NCBI GenBank assembly: GCA_022825065.1
Contig: JAJDYR010000022.1
Span: 203,802 to 267,801, forward strand
Direction of reading: 5' to 3'
Source: a bacterium
GTDB lineage: Bacteria > UBA8248
Length of the DNA: 64,000 bases
Shown piece by piece: positions 48,890-59,800 of this stretch. The notes beneath the pieces are model-generated. The model was not told where the DNA came from and made no database searches. It worked only from the letters and a program-made list of their open reading frames with translations. The position numbers and the translations under genes are program-made. Within the stretch, counting starts at the first letter, position 1. Each line of letters opens with the position of its first letter.

Positions 48890-49803
48890 TGGAGTCTCAC
48901 CCTTGGGTCGAGGACGGAATACATCATGTCAACGATGAGGTTCAAAGACACGAAAATCAGGGCGGTGATGGTCACCGAAGCCTGCACAAGCGGGAAATCC
49001 TTGGCGTAGACGGCCTGAATCAGGAGCCTACCCACGCCCGGCCAGGAGAAAATCGTCTCGACGATCACCGCTCCCCCCAGCAGATGCCCGAATTCCAGGC
49101 CGATGATGGTGATCACCGGAATCAGGGAGTTTCTGAGCACGTGCAGGTTGACGACGGCCCACTCGGAGAGTCCCTTCGCGCGGGCGGTCTTCACGTACTC
49201 ATGGCGCAGCACCTCCAGCATGGAGCTTCGGACCACCCGCGCATTTCTGGCAATCGAGTAGGTGGAAAGCGCGATGGCGGGCAGCACCAGATGCTCCCAG
49301 CCGCCTCTCCCGCTGACGGGCAGCCACCTCAGACCCACCCCGAAGACGAGGATCAGCATCAAACCGAGCCAGAAAACAGGCATGGATTGTCCAAGGAGCG
49401 CGAATAGCATCCCCCCGTGATCATACGGAGAGCCGCGCTGCGTCGCGCTGATGATCCCTACCGGAAACGCCAGGATGACCGAGAGAAGCAGCGCCACCAG
49501 GGCGAGTTCCAGCGTCGCCGGCAGACGCTCCATGATGAGTTCGAACGCTGGCTGGCGGTAGCGCAGGCTTTCTCCGAAATCACCCTGCACGGCCCGGCCC
49601 ACGTAGCGCGCGTACTGGACGAACCAGGGCTTGTCCAGACCCAGGTCTTCTTTGAGCTTCTGGACCTCCTCGACCGTCCAGTCCTCGCCCACCATGGTGT
49701 CGGTCGGGTCGCCCGACAGGAACAAGACGGCGAACGAGATAAAGCTCACGCCGACTACGACCACGACGGCCCGAAGAAATCGTCTGAAAAGATAGGCGCC
49801 CAT
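48886..49803 (-). CDS. Peptide/nickel ABC permease (DppB-like)
   Basis: GDP, LGLDKP, YVKTARAKGL, ETIFSWPGVG. Confidence 0.95.
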   Translation of the reverse strand: MGAYLFRRFLRAVVVVVGVSFISFAVLFLSGDPTDTMVGEDWTVEEVQKLKEDLGLDKPWFVQYARYVGRAVQGDFGESLRYRQPAFELIMERLPATLELALVALLLSVILAFPVGIISATQRGSPYDHGGMLFALLGQSMPVFWLGLMLILVFGVGLRWLPVSGRGGWEHLVLPAIALSTYSIARNARVVRSSMLEVLRHEYVKTARAKGLSEWAVVNLHVLRNSLIPVITIIGLEFGHLLGGAVIVETIFSWPGVGRLLIQAVYAKDFPLVQASVTITALIFVSLNLIVDMMYSVLDPRVRLH

Positions 49804-49806
49804 CGT

Positions 49807-51354
49807 CTATTCTTTCGTTTCTTTCAACCGAATCGTGGGCAGGTAGATTCTCTCGTCCGGCCTCGGGGTCCATTGCGTCCTGGCGCTCAAGCCGAAAAAA
49901 TCATACTGGTTCCAGAGAAATACCCACGGGCTTTCTTCATGAACGATGCGCTGCATCCGGTAGCTGATCCGCTTGCGCTCGGCGGGGTGGAACGCCTGAC
50001 CGAGCATCTTGTAATTTTGAATAAACTCCCGGTTTCTCCAGGCGGTGAGGTTCGCAAAAAGGTTGGGCCTCAACACGCCCAGGTCGAGTTCTTCGTTGAA
50101 AGCGGAGCTGAACCCGTGAAAATAAAGCGGCGCCAGCGTCTTTTTTCTTCTTCTGGCGAGAAAAACGGACCACTCCAGGGGAATCACCTCCACGCGGACT
50201 CCCACGTCGCGGAAATAAGCCGCCAAAAATTCCGCCATCTCCTTTCCTTTCAGATACCTGGAAGTGGGAACCTCGAGTTTCACCTCAAATGGCTTTCCAT
50301 CCGCCTCCAGGACACCGTCCCCATTCGTGTCCTTGAGGCCGGCCTCGGCGAGGAGCGCTTTCGCCTTTTGAGGGTCGTAGGCGTACGCCTTGATATTCGG
50401 GTCGGCGTTCGGGGGATTCACGATACTCTTCATCCGGGAGCCGTGACCCAGAAAAACGTTCCTGACGATGGCTTCGAAATCAATCGCGTGGTTCAGCGCC
50501 CGGCGAACGCGAGGGTCGCCGAGCACCCCGTGATCCGTGCGAATCCCCAGATAAATCCTGCGTCCCCCCCGAGCACCTTTGAGCTGGAGACCCTCTTCTC
50601 TCGCCAGAATGGTTTTCGATTGATCGGGCGAGATGTTCATGATGACGTCGGCCCCGCCCGTCTCAAGCTCCCCGATGCGGGCCGAAGCCTCGGCCACTGG
50701 ACGCCAAACCACTTTTTTTATGGCGGGCTCACCCCGCCACCAGTTCTCGTTGGCCTCCATCTCGACGTGGTCGTCCTTGACCCATCTCACCAGCTTGTAG
50801 GGCCCCGAGCCCACGGGTTTCTTCAACAGTTCCTTGGGCGGGGTCGATGAATAATACCCGGGCGGCAGCATGAACGCGTTCACCATCCACACAGGCAGGG
50901 TGGCGACCGGGCGCTTCGTGTGAATCTTCACGGTGTGTGAGTCCACTTTTTCTATCTTGTCCAGGAAAATCCGCCTGTACACGGTGATGCGCGGCTTGAG
51001 TTTCCTGTCCCGCATCCGCTCGAAGGTGTAGCGCACGGATTCCGCATCGAACGGCTCACCGTTATGAAACTTCACACCCTTGCGTAGATGAAACGTCCAG
51101 ACCTTTTTCGTCTCGTCCACCTCCCAGCGTTCGGCCAGGGCGGGCCCCAGCGTCATATCGCCGCGCCGCTCGATGAGCGGGTCGAACATGTTCATCAATA
51201 TGCTCCACTCGATGGTGGCCGTGGCGAAATGGGGGTCGAGCGTATTGGCTTCCACCGAGAGGAGAACCGTGAAGGGGCCCTGTTTCGCTTCGCGGCCGCA
51301 GGCGGCGAGCGCCACGAGCAGCAGGCAAAATCCGCACAACAAGGCCCTTTTCAT
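49807..51354 (-). CDS. Peptide/nickel ABC substrate-binding lipoprotein (SBP family 5)
   Basis: Lipobox LAAC, LRKGVKFHNG, PVGSGPY, RVRRALNHAID. Confidence 0.95.
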   Translation of the reverse strand: MKRALLCGFCLLLVALAACGREAKQGPFTVLLSVEANTLDPHFATATIEWSILMNMFDPLIERRGDMTLGPALAERWEVDETKKVWTFHLRKGVKFHNGEPFDAESVRYTFERMRDRKLKPRITVYRRIFLDKIEKVDSHTVKIHTKRPVATLPVWMVNAFMLPPGYYSSTPPKELLKKPVGSGPYKLVRWVKDDHVEMEANENWWRGEPAIKKVVWRPVAEASARIGELETGGADVIMNISPDQSKTILAREEGLQLKGARGGRRIYLGIRTDHGVLGDPRVRRALNHAIDFEAIVRNVFLGHGSRMKSIVNPPNADPNIKAYAYDPQKAKALLAEAGLKDTNGDGVLEADGKPFEVKLEVPTSRYLKGKEMAEFLAAYFRDVGVRVEVIPLEWSVFLARRRKKTLAPLYFHGFSSAFNEELDLGVLRPNLFANLTAWRNREFIQNYKMLGQAFHPAERKRISYRMQRIVHEESPWVFLWNQYDFFGLSARTQWTPRPDERIYLPTIRLKETKE

Positions 51355-51375
51355 GCACGAGTTCCCTTCCGAAAC

Positions 51376-52335
51376 CTACATGTCATCGCCGAGACGGGGA
51401 TCCATGTAGTCCCTCAGCCAGTCGCCGATGAGGTTGATGCTCAGAACCGTCGCCATGATGGCGAGACCCGGGAAAGTCGCCATCCACCACGCGCCTCTCA
51501 GGTATTCGCGCCCTTCGGACAGCATGCCCCCCCAGGTGACGACCGAAGGCGGAACGCCGAACCCCAGAAAGCTGAGCGAGGATTCGGAAATGATGTTTCC
51601 CGCCACGGCGAAGGTGGCGATGACGATCAGAGGCGAGAGGGTGTTGGGCAGTATCTGCATGAACAGTATGCGGTACAAGGGGTAGCCCAGGGCGCGTGTG
51701 GCCTCCACGAATTCGCGCTCCCTTATCGAGATGACCTGTCCTCTCACCACGCGGCCGTAAGCCACCCACCGGCTGATGCCCAGCACCACGATGATGTTGA
51801 GCAGGCCCGGCCCGACGACCGCCATGATCGTGAGGGCCAGGAGCATAAAGGGAAACGCCAGTTGAATCTCGGAAAACCCGCTGATGAGATCGTCGATTTT
51901 TCCGCCGAAAAAACCGGAAACAAGTCCCAGAACGATGCCGATCACTCCTGAAATCACCACCGAACTCAAACCCACGAGAATGGAGACGCGGCCCCCGTAC
52001 ATGAGCCGGCTCAAAACGTCCCGGCCCAGCGCGTCGGTTCCCAGAAAATAGCGCGCGCTTCCCCCCTCCACCCAGACAGGCGGCTTCAGGCGCAGGTTGA
52101 CGTCCACCAGGCTCGGGTCTTGCGGCACAATGAGAGGGGCAGAAAAAGAAACGACCACCAGCAGGATGAGAAAAACGCCCCCGAGCATCGCCGGTTTGGC
52201 GCGCATCAAGCTGCGGCGGAATTTCGCCCACCGGAGCTCCGATTCCGACATTATCGGGTATACATCCGGTTCAGAGGCCGACTCGGGCATATTTCCCTGT
52301 TCAGACATTCGCCTGCTCTCGCGTCTTGTTGACAT
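51376..52335 (-). CDS. Peptide/nickel ABC permease (DppC-like)
   Basis: LGTDALGRD, LSFLGFG, WGGML. Alternative start 52308. Confidence 0.95.
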   Translation of the reverse strand: MSTRRESRRMSEQGNMPESASEPDVYPIMSESELRWAKFRRSLMRAKPAMLGGVFLILLVVVSFSAPLIVPQDPSLVDVNLRLKPPVWVEGGSARYFLGTDALGRDVLSRLMYGGRVSILVGLSSVVISGVIGIVLGLVSGFFGGKIDDLISGFSEIQLAFPFMLLALTIMAVVGPGLLNIIVVLGISRWVAYGRVVRGQVISIREREFVEATRALGYPLYRILFMQILPNTLSPLIVIATFAVAGNIISESSLSFLGFGVPPSVVTWGGMLSEGREYLRGAWWMATFPGLAIMATVLSINLIGDWLRDYMDPRLGDDM

Positions 52336-52433
52336 ATTTCGTGAGTTGAGCCGCTCCGCATCCTAGCATAGCGGAACGCGCGTTGCAGAAGCCCCGGGGG
52401 TGGAATCGCCGTCCCCTGAAACGTCGATTCATG

Positions 52434-52463
52434 TTGATATCCGCAAGGCTATCGAATTAGAAT
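52434..52463 (+). promoter_or_regulatory. Putative sigma70 promoter of the ATP-grasp operon
   Basis: TTGATA-18 bp-TAGAAT. Confidence 0.5.
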
Positions 52464-52529
52464 CGCCTGTTTTTTGATTTTGAGGCCGTCTGATCATTCA
52501 TACTGCTTCCCGAAGAAGGAAAGTTTTCC

Positions 52530-53966
52530 TTGCCTCGTCACACGAAAGATGAATTCAACGAAGTGTTGACTTCTGCCGTTCCGGCAGGCTCGACGTTCGG
52601 CTTTCAGGGTCTGCGCGCGGTCGATTCCATTACCGTGGAAAACATCGTGCCCCTCGATTTCCTCATCGCCTGTGATTACGGGCTCGACGGACCGGAGTGG
52701 GACAGGCGCCTGCGCTATTTCGCCGTGGAGCGCGGAGGGAAAAGGCGAATCGTGTGGACGCACTCATCACTCGTGGAAGCGTACGAAGGCGCCCTGGGTC
52801 CTCAAATCCGGGAGTTTCTGTCGCAAGGGGACGCTCCCCGGTACGTCATCCCCTACCGCTCGACGGAATTTCTCGGCAAGCTCGCCGAAGAAGCCGGGGG
52901 CAGGCTCCGCATTCTGGCGAACCCGGTGGAAATCAAGACGAGATTCGACGACAAGATTTCGTTCCGCCGCCAGGCGGTCGAAGCAGGGTTCGCCGTTCCC
53001 CCGGGCGACGTAGTGGCCCTGGGCGAACTCGGACTCAAGGAGCTTGGGCAATTCGGCCCCGTTATGATCATTTCGGAGCGAATCGGTTCCTCCGGCAACC
53101 AGACGCACTTCATCGACTCACCCGAGGCGCTCGGGACGAAACGGGATGAACTCATCGGGAAACTGGGAGCCGATGCGCCGGTGATCGTGAGCACGTTTCT
53201 GGATGGCCCCGCCGTCGGCACGGCGGGGTTGATTTATGACGGCAAACCCCGGATGTCCCACCCCTCGGTGATGTTCACGGGAATTCCCGGCTGCTCCATG
53301 CACCGCTTCGATTACGCCGGAAGCGACTATGCGGCGTATCGGCTGGTTCCGGGGGAGAGCCGGCGAAAAATCGAAGAATTCACCCTGAAAATCGGAGAGT
53401 GGATAGCAGAGGCGGGCTACCGGGGAATATACGGCGTCGATTTCATCGTCCATGAGAACGAACCCTATGCCCTCGAGCTCAATCCGCGCGTACTCGGAAC
53501 CACGCAACTGATGACCGAACTCGAGGAAATACACGGCGACGCACCCACCACCACCTACTGGCATCTGGCCGAATTCCTGAAGCCGGGCGACGCTCTCGAC
53601 GCGCATCAGGACTTGCTCGCCGAACTCGGCCGGCCGGATTTATCCGGTTTCCAGCTCCTGATTCGAAACACGAGTCCTTCGAGGGTGCGAATCGGCTCCT
53701 CGCTGGAACCCGGCATCTATGCTATCCAAAACGGGGAGCCCGAATTCATCCGGCGGGGGTATCGCCTGAGCGACGTTCAAGACCGGGATGAAGTGCTGGT
53801 GACTTGCTCTCCCCCGGCGAAAGGCACCATAGTAGAGCCGAGGGGAGCGTTCTGTAAGCTCGAGGGCGTTTCATCCATCTATGAAGGGGGAGAAAAGCAG
53901 ATATCTCCGTACGCCCGGGAAATGATTGACAGTTTCACGCGCCGCCTCGCGCTTTCTCCCGCTTAG
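52530..53966 (+). CDS. ATP-grasp ligase (PGM1/biotin-carboxylase-like subfamily)
   Basis: DDK, GSSGNQT loop, YRGIYGVDF, ELNPR; TTG start with aagga SD. Confidence 0.85.
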   Translation: MPRHTKDEFNEVLTSAVPAGSTFGFQGLRAVDSITVENIVPLDFLIACDYGLDGPEWDRRLRYFAVERGGKRRIVWTHSSLVEAYEGALGPQIREFLSQGDAPRYVIPYRSTEFLGKLAEEAGGRLRILANPVEIKTRFDDKISFRRQAVEAGFAVPPGDVVALGELGLKELGQFGPVMIISERIGSSGNQTHFIDSPEALGTKRDELIGKLGADAPVIVSTFLDGPAVGTAGLIYDGKPRMSHPSVMFTGIPGCSMHRFDYAGSDYAAYRLVPGESRRKIEEFTLKIGEWIAEAGYRGIYGVDFIVHENEPYALELNPRVLGTTQLMTELEEIHGDAPTTTYWHLAEFLKPGDALDAHQDLLAELGRPDLSGFQLLIRNTSPSRVRIGSSLEPGIYAIQNGEPEFIRRGYRLSDVQDRDEVLVTCSPPAKGTIVEPRGAFCKLEGVSSIYEGGEKQISPYAREMIDSFTRRLALSPA

Positions 53967-53979
53967 GACATCGTGGAAA

Positions 53980-55149
53980 TTGAAAATAGATTCTTTCGCA
54001 TCCACCGCCCGGGGTCTGTTCCTCTCTCCTGAGAGTCCGTATGTCTTTCAGGCGGATTTCACGCCCGACCCGCAGCCCGTTCCTTCCAACGGCATCTTCC
54101 TGGGTGAGGTCGTTGACGTTCCCGAAAACGCGCCCATTGATCGCCTGGAAACGCTCGAAGCTCTCCAGGGAACGCAAGACGCCTGGAAAACGAGCGAAAT
54201 GAAATTGCGCGAAAAAACGAACGTGGCCGTGACAATCGGCGGGCGCTATGCGAACCGCAGCGTCTCGGGCCGCGTGCCGGACTCGCCCGCAGAGCCTGGC
54301 GTCATACTCGACCTGTTGAATACCGGCGGCGTCTGCGGGGTCCGCACGAACCCCGATACGCCGTGCGTGAAAATAGAGGTGAAAGGGGGCGTCGCGCTAC
54401 GAGGCGAACCCGCCACGCTTTCTCATCTCCCCGTCATTCCCGATACCCGGTGCCCGGTGGATGAAGAGGGAATTCCCTGCGCTCCCATCATCCTGGTCAC
54501 CGGCTCCGAGATGGACGTGGGCAAGACGACCTGCGCGTCTTCGCTCGCCTCCGCCCTCCACTCCTCGGGTATCCACGTCTCATACGTGAAACTGACCGGA
54601 ACGGGACGCATGCGGGATCTCATGCAGGTAAACTACGGAAGACCGCTCGGGTTTTTCGACTCCGCGAGACTCGGGTGGGATTTCGTCGATGCGGGTCTCG
54701 CTTCCACATGCGGCGTCTCCAGTCACAGGGCCAGGCGATGCGCCCAGAACCTGCTTCGCCACGGCTGCGCGAAGGCGGAGATCGTCATTGCGGAATTGGC
54801 GGATTCCCCGTCTTCCGACGCCAGCCTCCACGTAGCGAGCGACCCCTGGGTCAAAGACTGGCTCGCGCGCAGAGGCCTGATAATCTGCGCATGTGATACG
54901 CTGGAGTCAACGCTCATCGTTCACTGGATACGGAGCCACCTGGAAGTGGAGGAGGAAAACATGCTCATTTCCGGAAAGCTCGCGAACGAAGCGCATGCGC
55001 GCGAGGAGGCGTACCGCATGACCGGCATCCGCGCCCTTAGTTGCACAGCTCCGAATCCCTCCTCCCTCGCCGGCGAGAGGGCTGTTGGCGGAGCCATTGC
55101 GGACTGGGTGGCCAAACACTTTATGCGCCAGCGCAAGTCGGTCTTCTAA
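53980..55149 (+). CDS. DUF1611-related P-loop protein
   Basis: GGRYA, GGVCG, VTGSEMDVGKTT, KLTGTG..RD, DFVDAGLAST, ELAD. Start uncertain (TTG 53980 or 53926). Confidence 0.75.
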   Translation: MKIDSFASTARGLFLSPESPYVFQADFTPDPQPVPSNGIFLGEVVDVPENAPIDRLETLEALQGTQDAWKTSEMKLREKTNVAVTIGGRYANRSVSGRVPDSPAEPGVILDLLNTGGVCGVRTNPDTPCVKIEVKGGVALRGEPATLSHLPVIPDTRCPVDEEGIPCAPIILVTGSEMDVGKTTCASSLASALHSSGIHVSYVKLTGTGRMRDLMQVNYGRPLGFFDSARLGWDFVDAGLASTCGVSSHRARRCAQNLLRHGCAKAEIVIAELADSPSSDASLHVASDPWVKDWLARRGLIICACDTLESTLIVHWIRSHLEVEEENMLISGKLANEAHAREEAYRMTGIRALSCTAPNPSSLAGERAVGGAIADWVAKHFMRQRKSVF

Positions 55150-55160
55150 AAGAGAAAACC

Positions 55161-56777
55161 TTGGCCCCGTACAAGAGAGCAAATCATCCCCTCATCGCGC
55201 GGGAACCTTCTCTGTATCACCTCACGCCGGATGCGAGCGGCGGCGTCTGGGATCTGAACCGGTTGAGCCGGGAATTCGACTCGCCCGCCGGCGACCTGAA
55301 TGAAACCCTGATCGAAAGCCTCAACCAATGGGCGTCGCGCGAACCTCGATTCGCAGACTTCCGCATCGTAAAAGACGCATCACCCATTCGGCTTCCGGGA
55401 GAGATACTTTTGCTGGACGGCTCCCCGAGCCGACTCCCCCTCACCATGGAAACGGCGCGGGTGATGCGGGCGCACCTGAGTCAACTGGGGTTGTCCATCC
55501 CCGTCAGGGTCTTGAACCGGCGCGAGGAACTTCTGGCGCGCGCCGCCAAGGCGCCGAGAGAACTCCTCGTCATCAGCCAGACCGCCCAGAGAAGCCTCTA
55601 CGACGCAACCCTCGCGAAGGTTCTCGAATCGCGGGGAATCGTCGTGGTGCCCGGGCCTCTCACCGCTCCCGGCGGGCCGCTGTCCAACAAGAAAACCACA
55701 TACGAACTCCTGAACGGAAACGGCGCTGACGCGAAAAACCTGCACCTGGATGGTTCCGGGCGTCATCTGACGGCCGGCTATGAAGTGGTGGAATCAAACG
55801 GAGGGCGGCCTGCGGATACCGCCGCAGCCATTCTGGACAAGGCTTCCGCCCTGTCGAAGAAGTGGGGCGCCACGACTTTCTTCGTCAAACCGCAGGAAGG
55901 CGGCGGCGGACGCGGATGTTTTCGGCTGGACGTCTACCCCAATGGGTTCGGTCTGCCGGATTTGAGCAGACTTGGCGTCGCAACACGCCATGCGGCCCCT
56001 CAGCCCTTGTCTATCGACGCGGAAAACCACGACCACCTTCGGGCGATGGACTGGCTCGTTCATCGCTTCCAGGCCAGCCCGGCGACCTCGAAAGCCTACA
56101 TCAAGACCCGAATGGTGGGAGGCGGCGCTCCCCCGGACGTCCTGGGTCAGATGCTCAGAAACTGCGCGCCCAGACTCGAATCCGAACTACGCGAATCCGC
56201 CCGATCACGCGAAGAATCGCTGCGCCTTTTGTCGAGCGCCATCGAGAACTACGAGCAGGTGTTCGACGCGCGCTACCTGCCGCTGATATGCAACTGGATC
56301 GATTTCGGCCTGTTCAGCGTTCGCGTTCATCTGAGGCTCAGCCGCGAGGGAATGGTCGTGGAAACGCTCTACGCCAGGCTCTTTCCGGTGGAATTCTCGG
56401 ATGATTCGATCGGCGTCGTCGGCGTGGACAGCATCACGAACCGCACGGAGGGGGGCATGGAACTGAACCGCTATACGCCTTTGGTTCCGCCCCTGGTCGC
56501 CTATGCGGGAGGGGCCGAGAGATTGTGCGAGAAGCTTCGCGGCGCTTTCGATGCGTTCGCGCGCTTTTTGACTCTCGTCGACCCCTCTGAGCGCGGCAGG
56601 ATTCCGGTTCGGGCCGAATTCGACCTCTCGCCCCTCAACGGACTGATCGCCGAGGGCAACGCCGATCCCGTCCGCGCCCAGTGCGCAAACAGCCGCTGGG
56701 CAAGATTCTCTGAAAACAGCGCGCAGTGGGCGGAGGACGCCCTGTCGCTCTACTCATGGAAATCTCAAAAACTCTAA
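55161..56777 (+). CDS. Divergent ATP-grasp protein (YheC/D-like)
   Basis: SNKKTTYELL, FFVKPQEGGGGRG, FSVRVHL, EFDLS, EGNADP (ExN). Start uncertain (TTG 55161). Confidence 0.72.
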   Translation: MAPYKRANHPLIAREPSLYHLTPDASGGVWDLNRLSREFDSPAGDLNETLIESLNQWASREPRFADFRIVKDASPIRLPGEILLLDGSPSRLPLTMETARVMRAHLSQLGLSIPVRVLNRREELLARAAKAPRELLVISQTAQRSLYDATLAKVLESRGIVVVPGPLTAPGGPLSNKKTTYELLNGNGADAKNLHLDGSGRHLTAGYEVVESNGGRPADTAAAILDKASALSKKWGATTFFVKPQEGGGGRGCFRLDVYPNGFGLPDLSRLGVATRHAAPQPLSIDAENHDHLRAMDWLVHRFQASPATSKAYIKTRMVGGGAPPDVLGQMLRNCAPRLESELRESARSREESLRLLSSAIENYEQVFDARYLPLICNWIDFGLFSVRVHLRLSREGMVVETLYARLFPVEFSDDSIGVVGVDSITNRTEGGMELNRYTPLVPPLVAYAGGAERLCEKLRGAFDAFARFLTLVDPSERGRIPVRAEFDLSPLNGLIAEGNADPVRAQCANSRWARFSENSAQWAEDALSLYSWKSQKL

Positions 56778-56866
56778 GTTAGAATCAACCGGCCCGCGTT
56801 CGTTTCTATTCGAGGAATCTCGCGGGGCGGGAATCGCGCGAAAGATCCTCATCCAGCGCTCTAGAA

Positions 56867-59800
56867 GTGAGCGAAATGGCGAAACTCCTCAAAAAAGCGT
56901 TCAACATCCAGGAAGAGGAGTTGCTCGTCTTCTCGGTGTTCTTTTTCTTCTACTTCCTGATCGGGGTTCAGTTCTCCATCGGGCTCACCGTATCCGAAGC
57001 GCTGTTCCTCTCGGAAATCGGCCCGGGTTTTCTCCCCTATATGTACATATTCAACGCCCTGATGATCATCTTCATCAGCACGTTCTACTCCTCGCTGACC
57101 GAAAAACTCTCCATCCCGGCGATGTTCAAGACCGTCCTGATATTTTTCATCGCCCTCGTATTCGGCATCAAGCTGCTCATCTTCGCGGATTTCCGCGCCT
57201 ACGCGATGCCGATCGCATTCCCGCTCCTCCACACGCTGTTCGTGATGTTCACGAACATGCTGCCGAACAATTTCCGCGCCCTTTACGGGCAGTATTTAGA
57301 CGTATTGCAGTCGAAGCGGCTGGTTCCGATCATCCTCACGGGCGGGCGCTACGGCGGCATCGTGGGCGGCCTCGCCATTCCGCTGCTCATCCCCGTGCTC
57401 GGGAGCGTCTCGAATCTGCTCTACGTGTGGATTGGAGCCATCGTGGTCAGCATCGGGGTGGTGCAATACGCCGAATGGCGGCTCAGAGACCACCTCATCG
57501 ACGATGCCCGTCCCAAAAAGCGCAAGACGAAGAAGACGGCCTCAAAAGGCGGCAACCTCGCACTGATGAAGACGAACCGGTACGTCTGCGCGTTCGCCCT
57601 GTTCAGCTTCATCGTGGTGATCCTCAGGAGTTTTCAGGACTTCCAGTACAGCCTCGTATTCCGCGAGGTCTTTCCCGACCGCGCGCAACTCGCCTCGTTC
57701 CTCGGATATTTCACCGCCATCGGAAGCGCCTTCTCCCTGCTCGTCCAGACGTTCATCACCCCGCGCATCATCAAGCGGCTCGGCCTGGGCACTGCGAACC
57801 TCCTCTACCCGCTCACGACCATCATCGGCCTCGCCGGCATGGCGATCTCACCCGGCTTCTATTCCGCCGTCTTCCTGCGCTTCAACAACAAGAATCTCCA
57901 GGAATCGATTCGAAACGCCATCAACGCCCTGCTCTACAACGCCGTCTCCCCTTCGATCCGCGCGAGGGTCGGCGCGTTCGTCGCGGGCCAGGTGGTCGCC
58001 GTGGCCAGCATCGTCAGCGGCGTCGCCCTGCTCATCATCAAGCCCACCGGTCTCGCCCTCTTCCCGCTCAGCGCAGGCCAACTGGCGCTCATCTCCTTGT
58101 TCATCGCCTTCGCCTATCTGGCCGTCGGCTTCTTCGTGCGCCGTGAATACGGGGCCGCCCTGCGCCGGATGCTCGAGGAGAGGAACCTGGGGTTATTCCG
58201 CTACGCCCAGGAGGGGTTCGGCCCGGTTGACGACGAGAACATGGCGATACTCAGAAAAAACATCCGCGAGGGGGACGACGACCTTTGCGTCTTCACCGCC
58301 CGGATGATGGCGGAAAGCGGCAGAAGCGAGACTTTCTCTATTATCCTCGGGGAAATCCCGCGGCGAAAGGGATATGCCGCGGCCGAGTTGCTCAAAATTC
58401 TCGCCAGGGCTCCAGGAGCCGAAGAAGGCGAGAAAATGCGACCCTTGCTGCTGGAATACCTCACCTGCGGGGAGCCCGTCCTGCAATGCGCCGCCATGGA
58501 CGCGGCGGAAACGGTCGGGCTCACCGATGAGACGGCGGAGCTGGTTCATGAAAATCTGGAGAACCGATCGCCTGAGGTCAGGGCGCGCGCCGTCGAACTG
58601 CTGGTGCGCTCCGACGATCTGTTCTGGCTCGCCAACGGACTCCAAACGCTGCACCGGATGCTCAACGAAGAAGACGCGGCGGCGAGGGTCTGCGCCCTGC
58701 GGTGCATGGGGGAACTTCAGAACCCGCGCTTCATCAGACGCTTGATCCCCTATCTCTACCAGGAAGAGGAAAAAGTCCGCGAAGCCGCTTTGGAGGCGAT
58801 AGAAGTACTGGCCCTGAACCAGGGGGTCGATGAGGAGAAGATGGAGGAAGTCATCCGGGTGACCACTTCGGATGAGAGTGCGGCCATCAGGCGCAGAGGC
58901 GTCAGGCAACTGGGCAACAAGGGCTCGAGGGAGAATTTCGAACGCGTCCTGACCGCTCTTTCGGACGTCGACTCGCTGGTGAGGAGACAGGCCGTCGATT
59001 CGCTCAAGAACATGAAGCGAAAAGGAACCCTTTCTCTCGAGGGCTCGGGTCTGATTTCATTCGCCGCCCCGCTTTTGTTCAGAAGCGCCAAAAACGGCTC
59101 CCGCGAAATGAGCGCGCAGGAAATCGTGGACTCCCTCTCCGGGTTCGCCGTGGAGCACCTGAAGGAAGTCTACGGCGTCATCAATCACCTCCACGTCATC
59201 GAAAGCCGGGAAAACGCATCCGCCTTCACGATGTTGAGAAAAGCGCTCGAAGACGTCGTCGCGGAAAGGCAACTGGTTTTGCTGGAATTATTGGGGGTGA
59301 TAGGAGACGAGAAAACGGTGGACACCGTGTCGGAATCCCTCGCCCGTGGCGGCTCCTCATCGAGGGCAATCGCCATCGAGACGCTCTCGAACTTCTCCTC
59401 GACCGGCAATACGAGAGTCCTCATTCTCGCCCTGGAGCCTCTGTTGCTGGGCAGGTCGACAGCCGACAAGGTTTCCGAGGGCAGGAAACTTTGGGAGATA
59501 CCCGATGAATCGATTGGCGAGGTGCTCTCGACATACATGAATTCCGAAAACGCGTGGCTCCAGGCCATCGCTCTCGACGCGGCGGGCAAGCATCTCCAAA
59601 GCGAAGCGGGTGGAGCAGCCGCCGAGTGGCGCGAGCAGTTCAGGGCGCGGGCAACCGAGGACGACCCGTACGTCCGCGAGGCGGCGGTTGCCGCATTGAA
59701 AATTATCGGGAAAGATGAAGACGACGTTGAGGCGTTCTTGAGAACCATGGAGAATGACGAGAACCAAATGGTGCGCATTCAGGTGCGCCGCGAGTTACTC

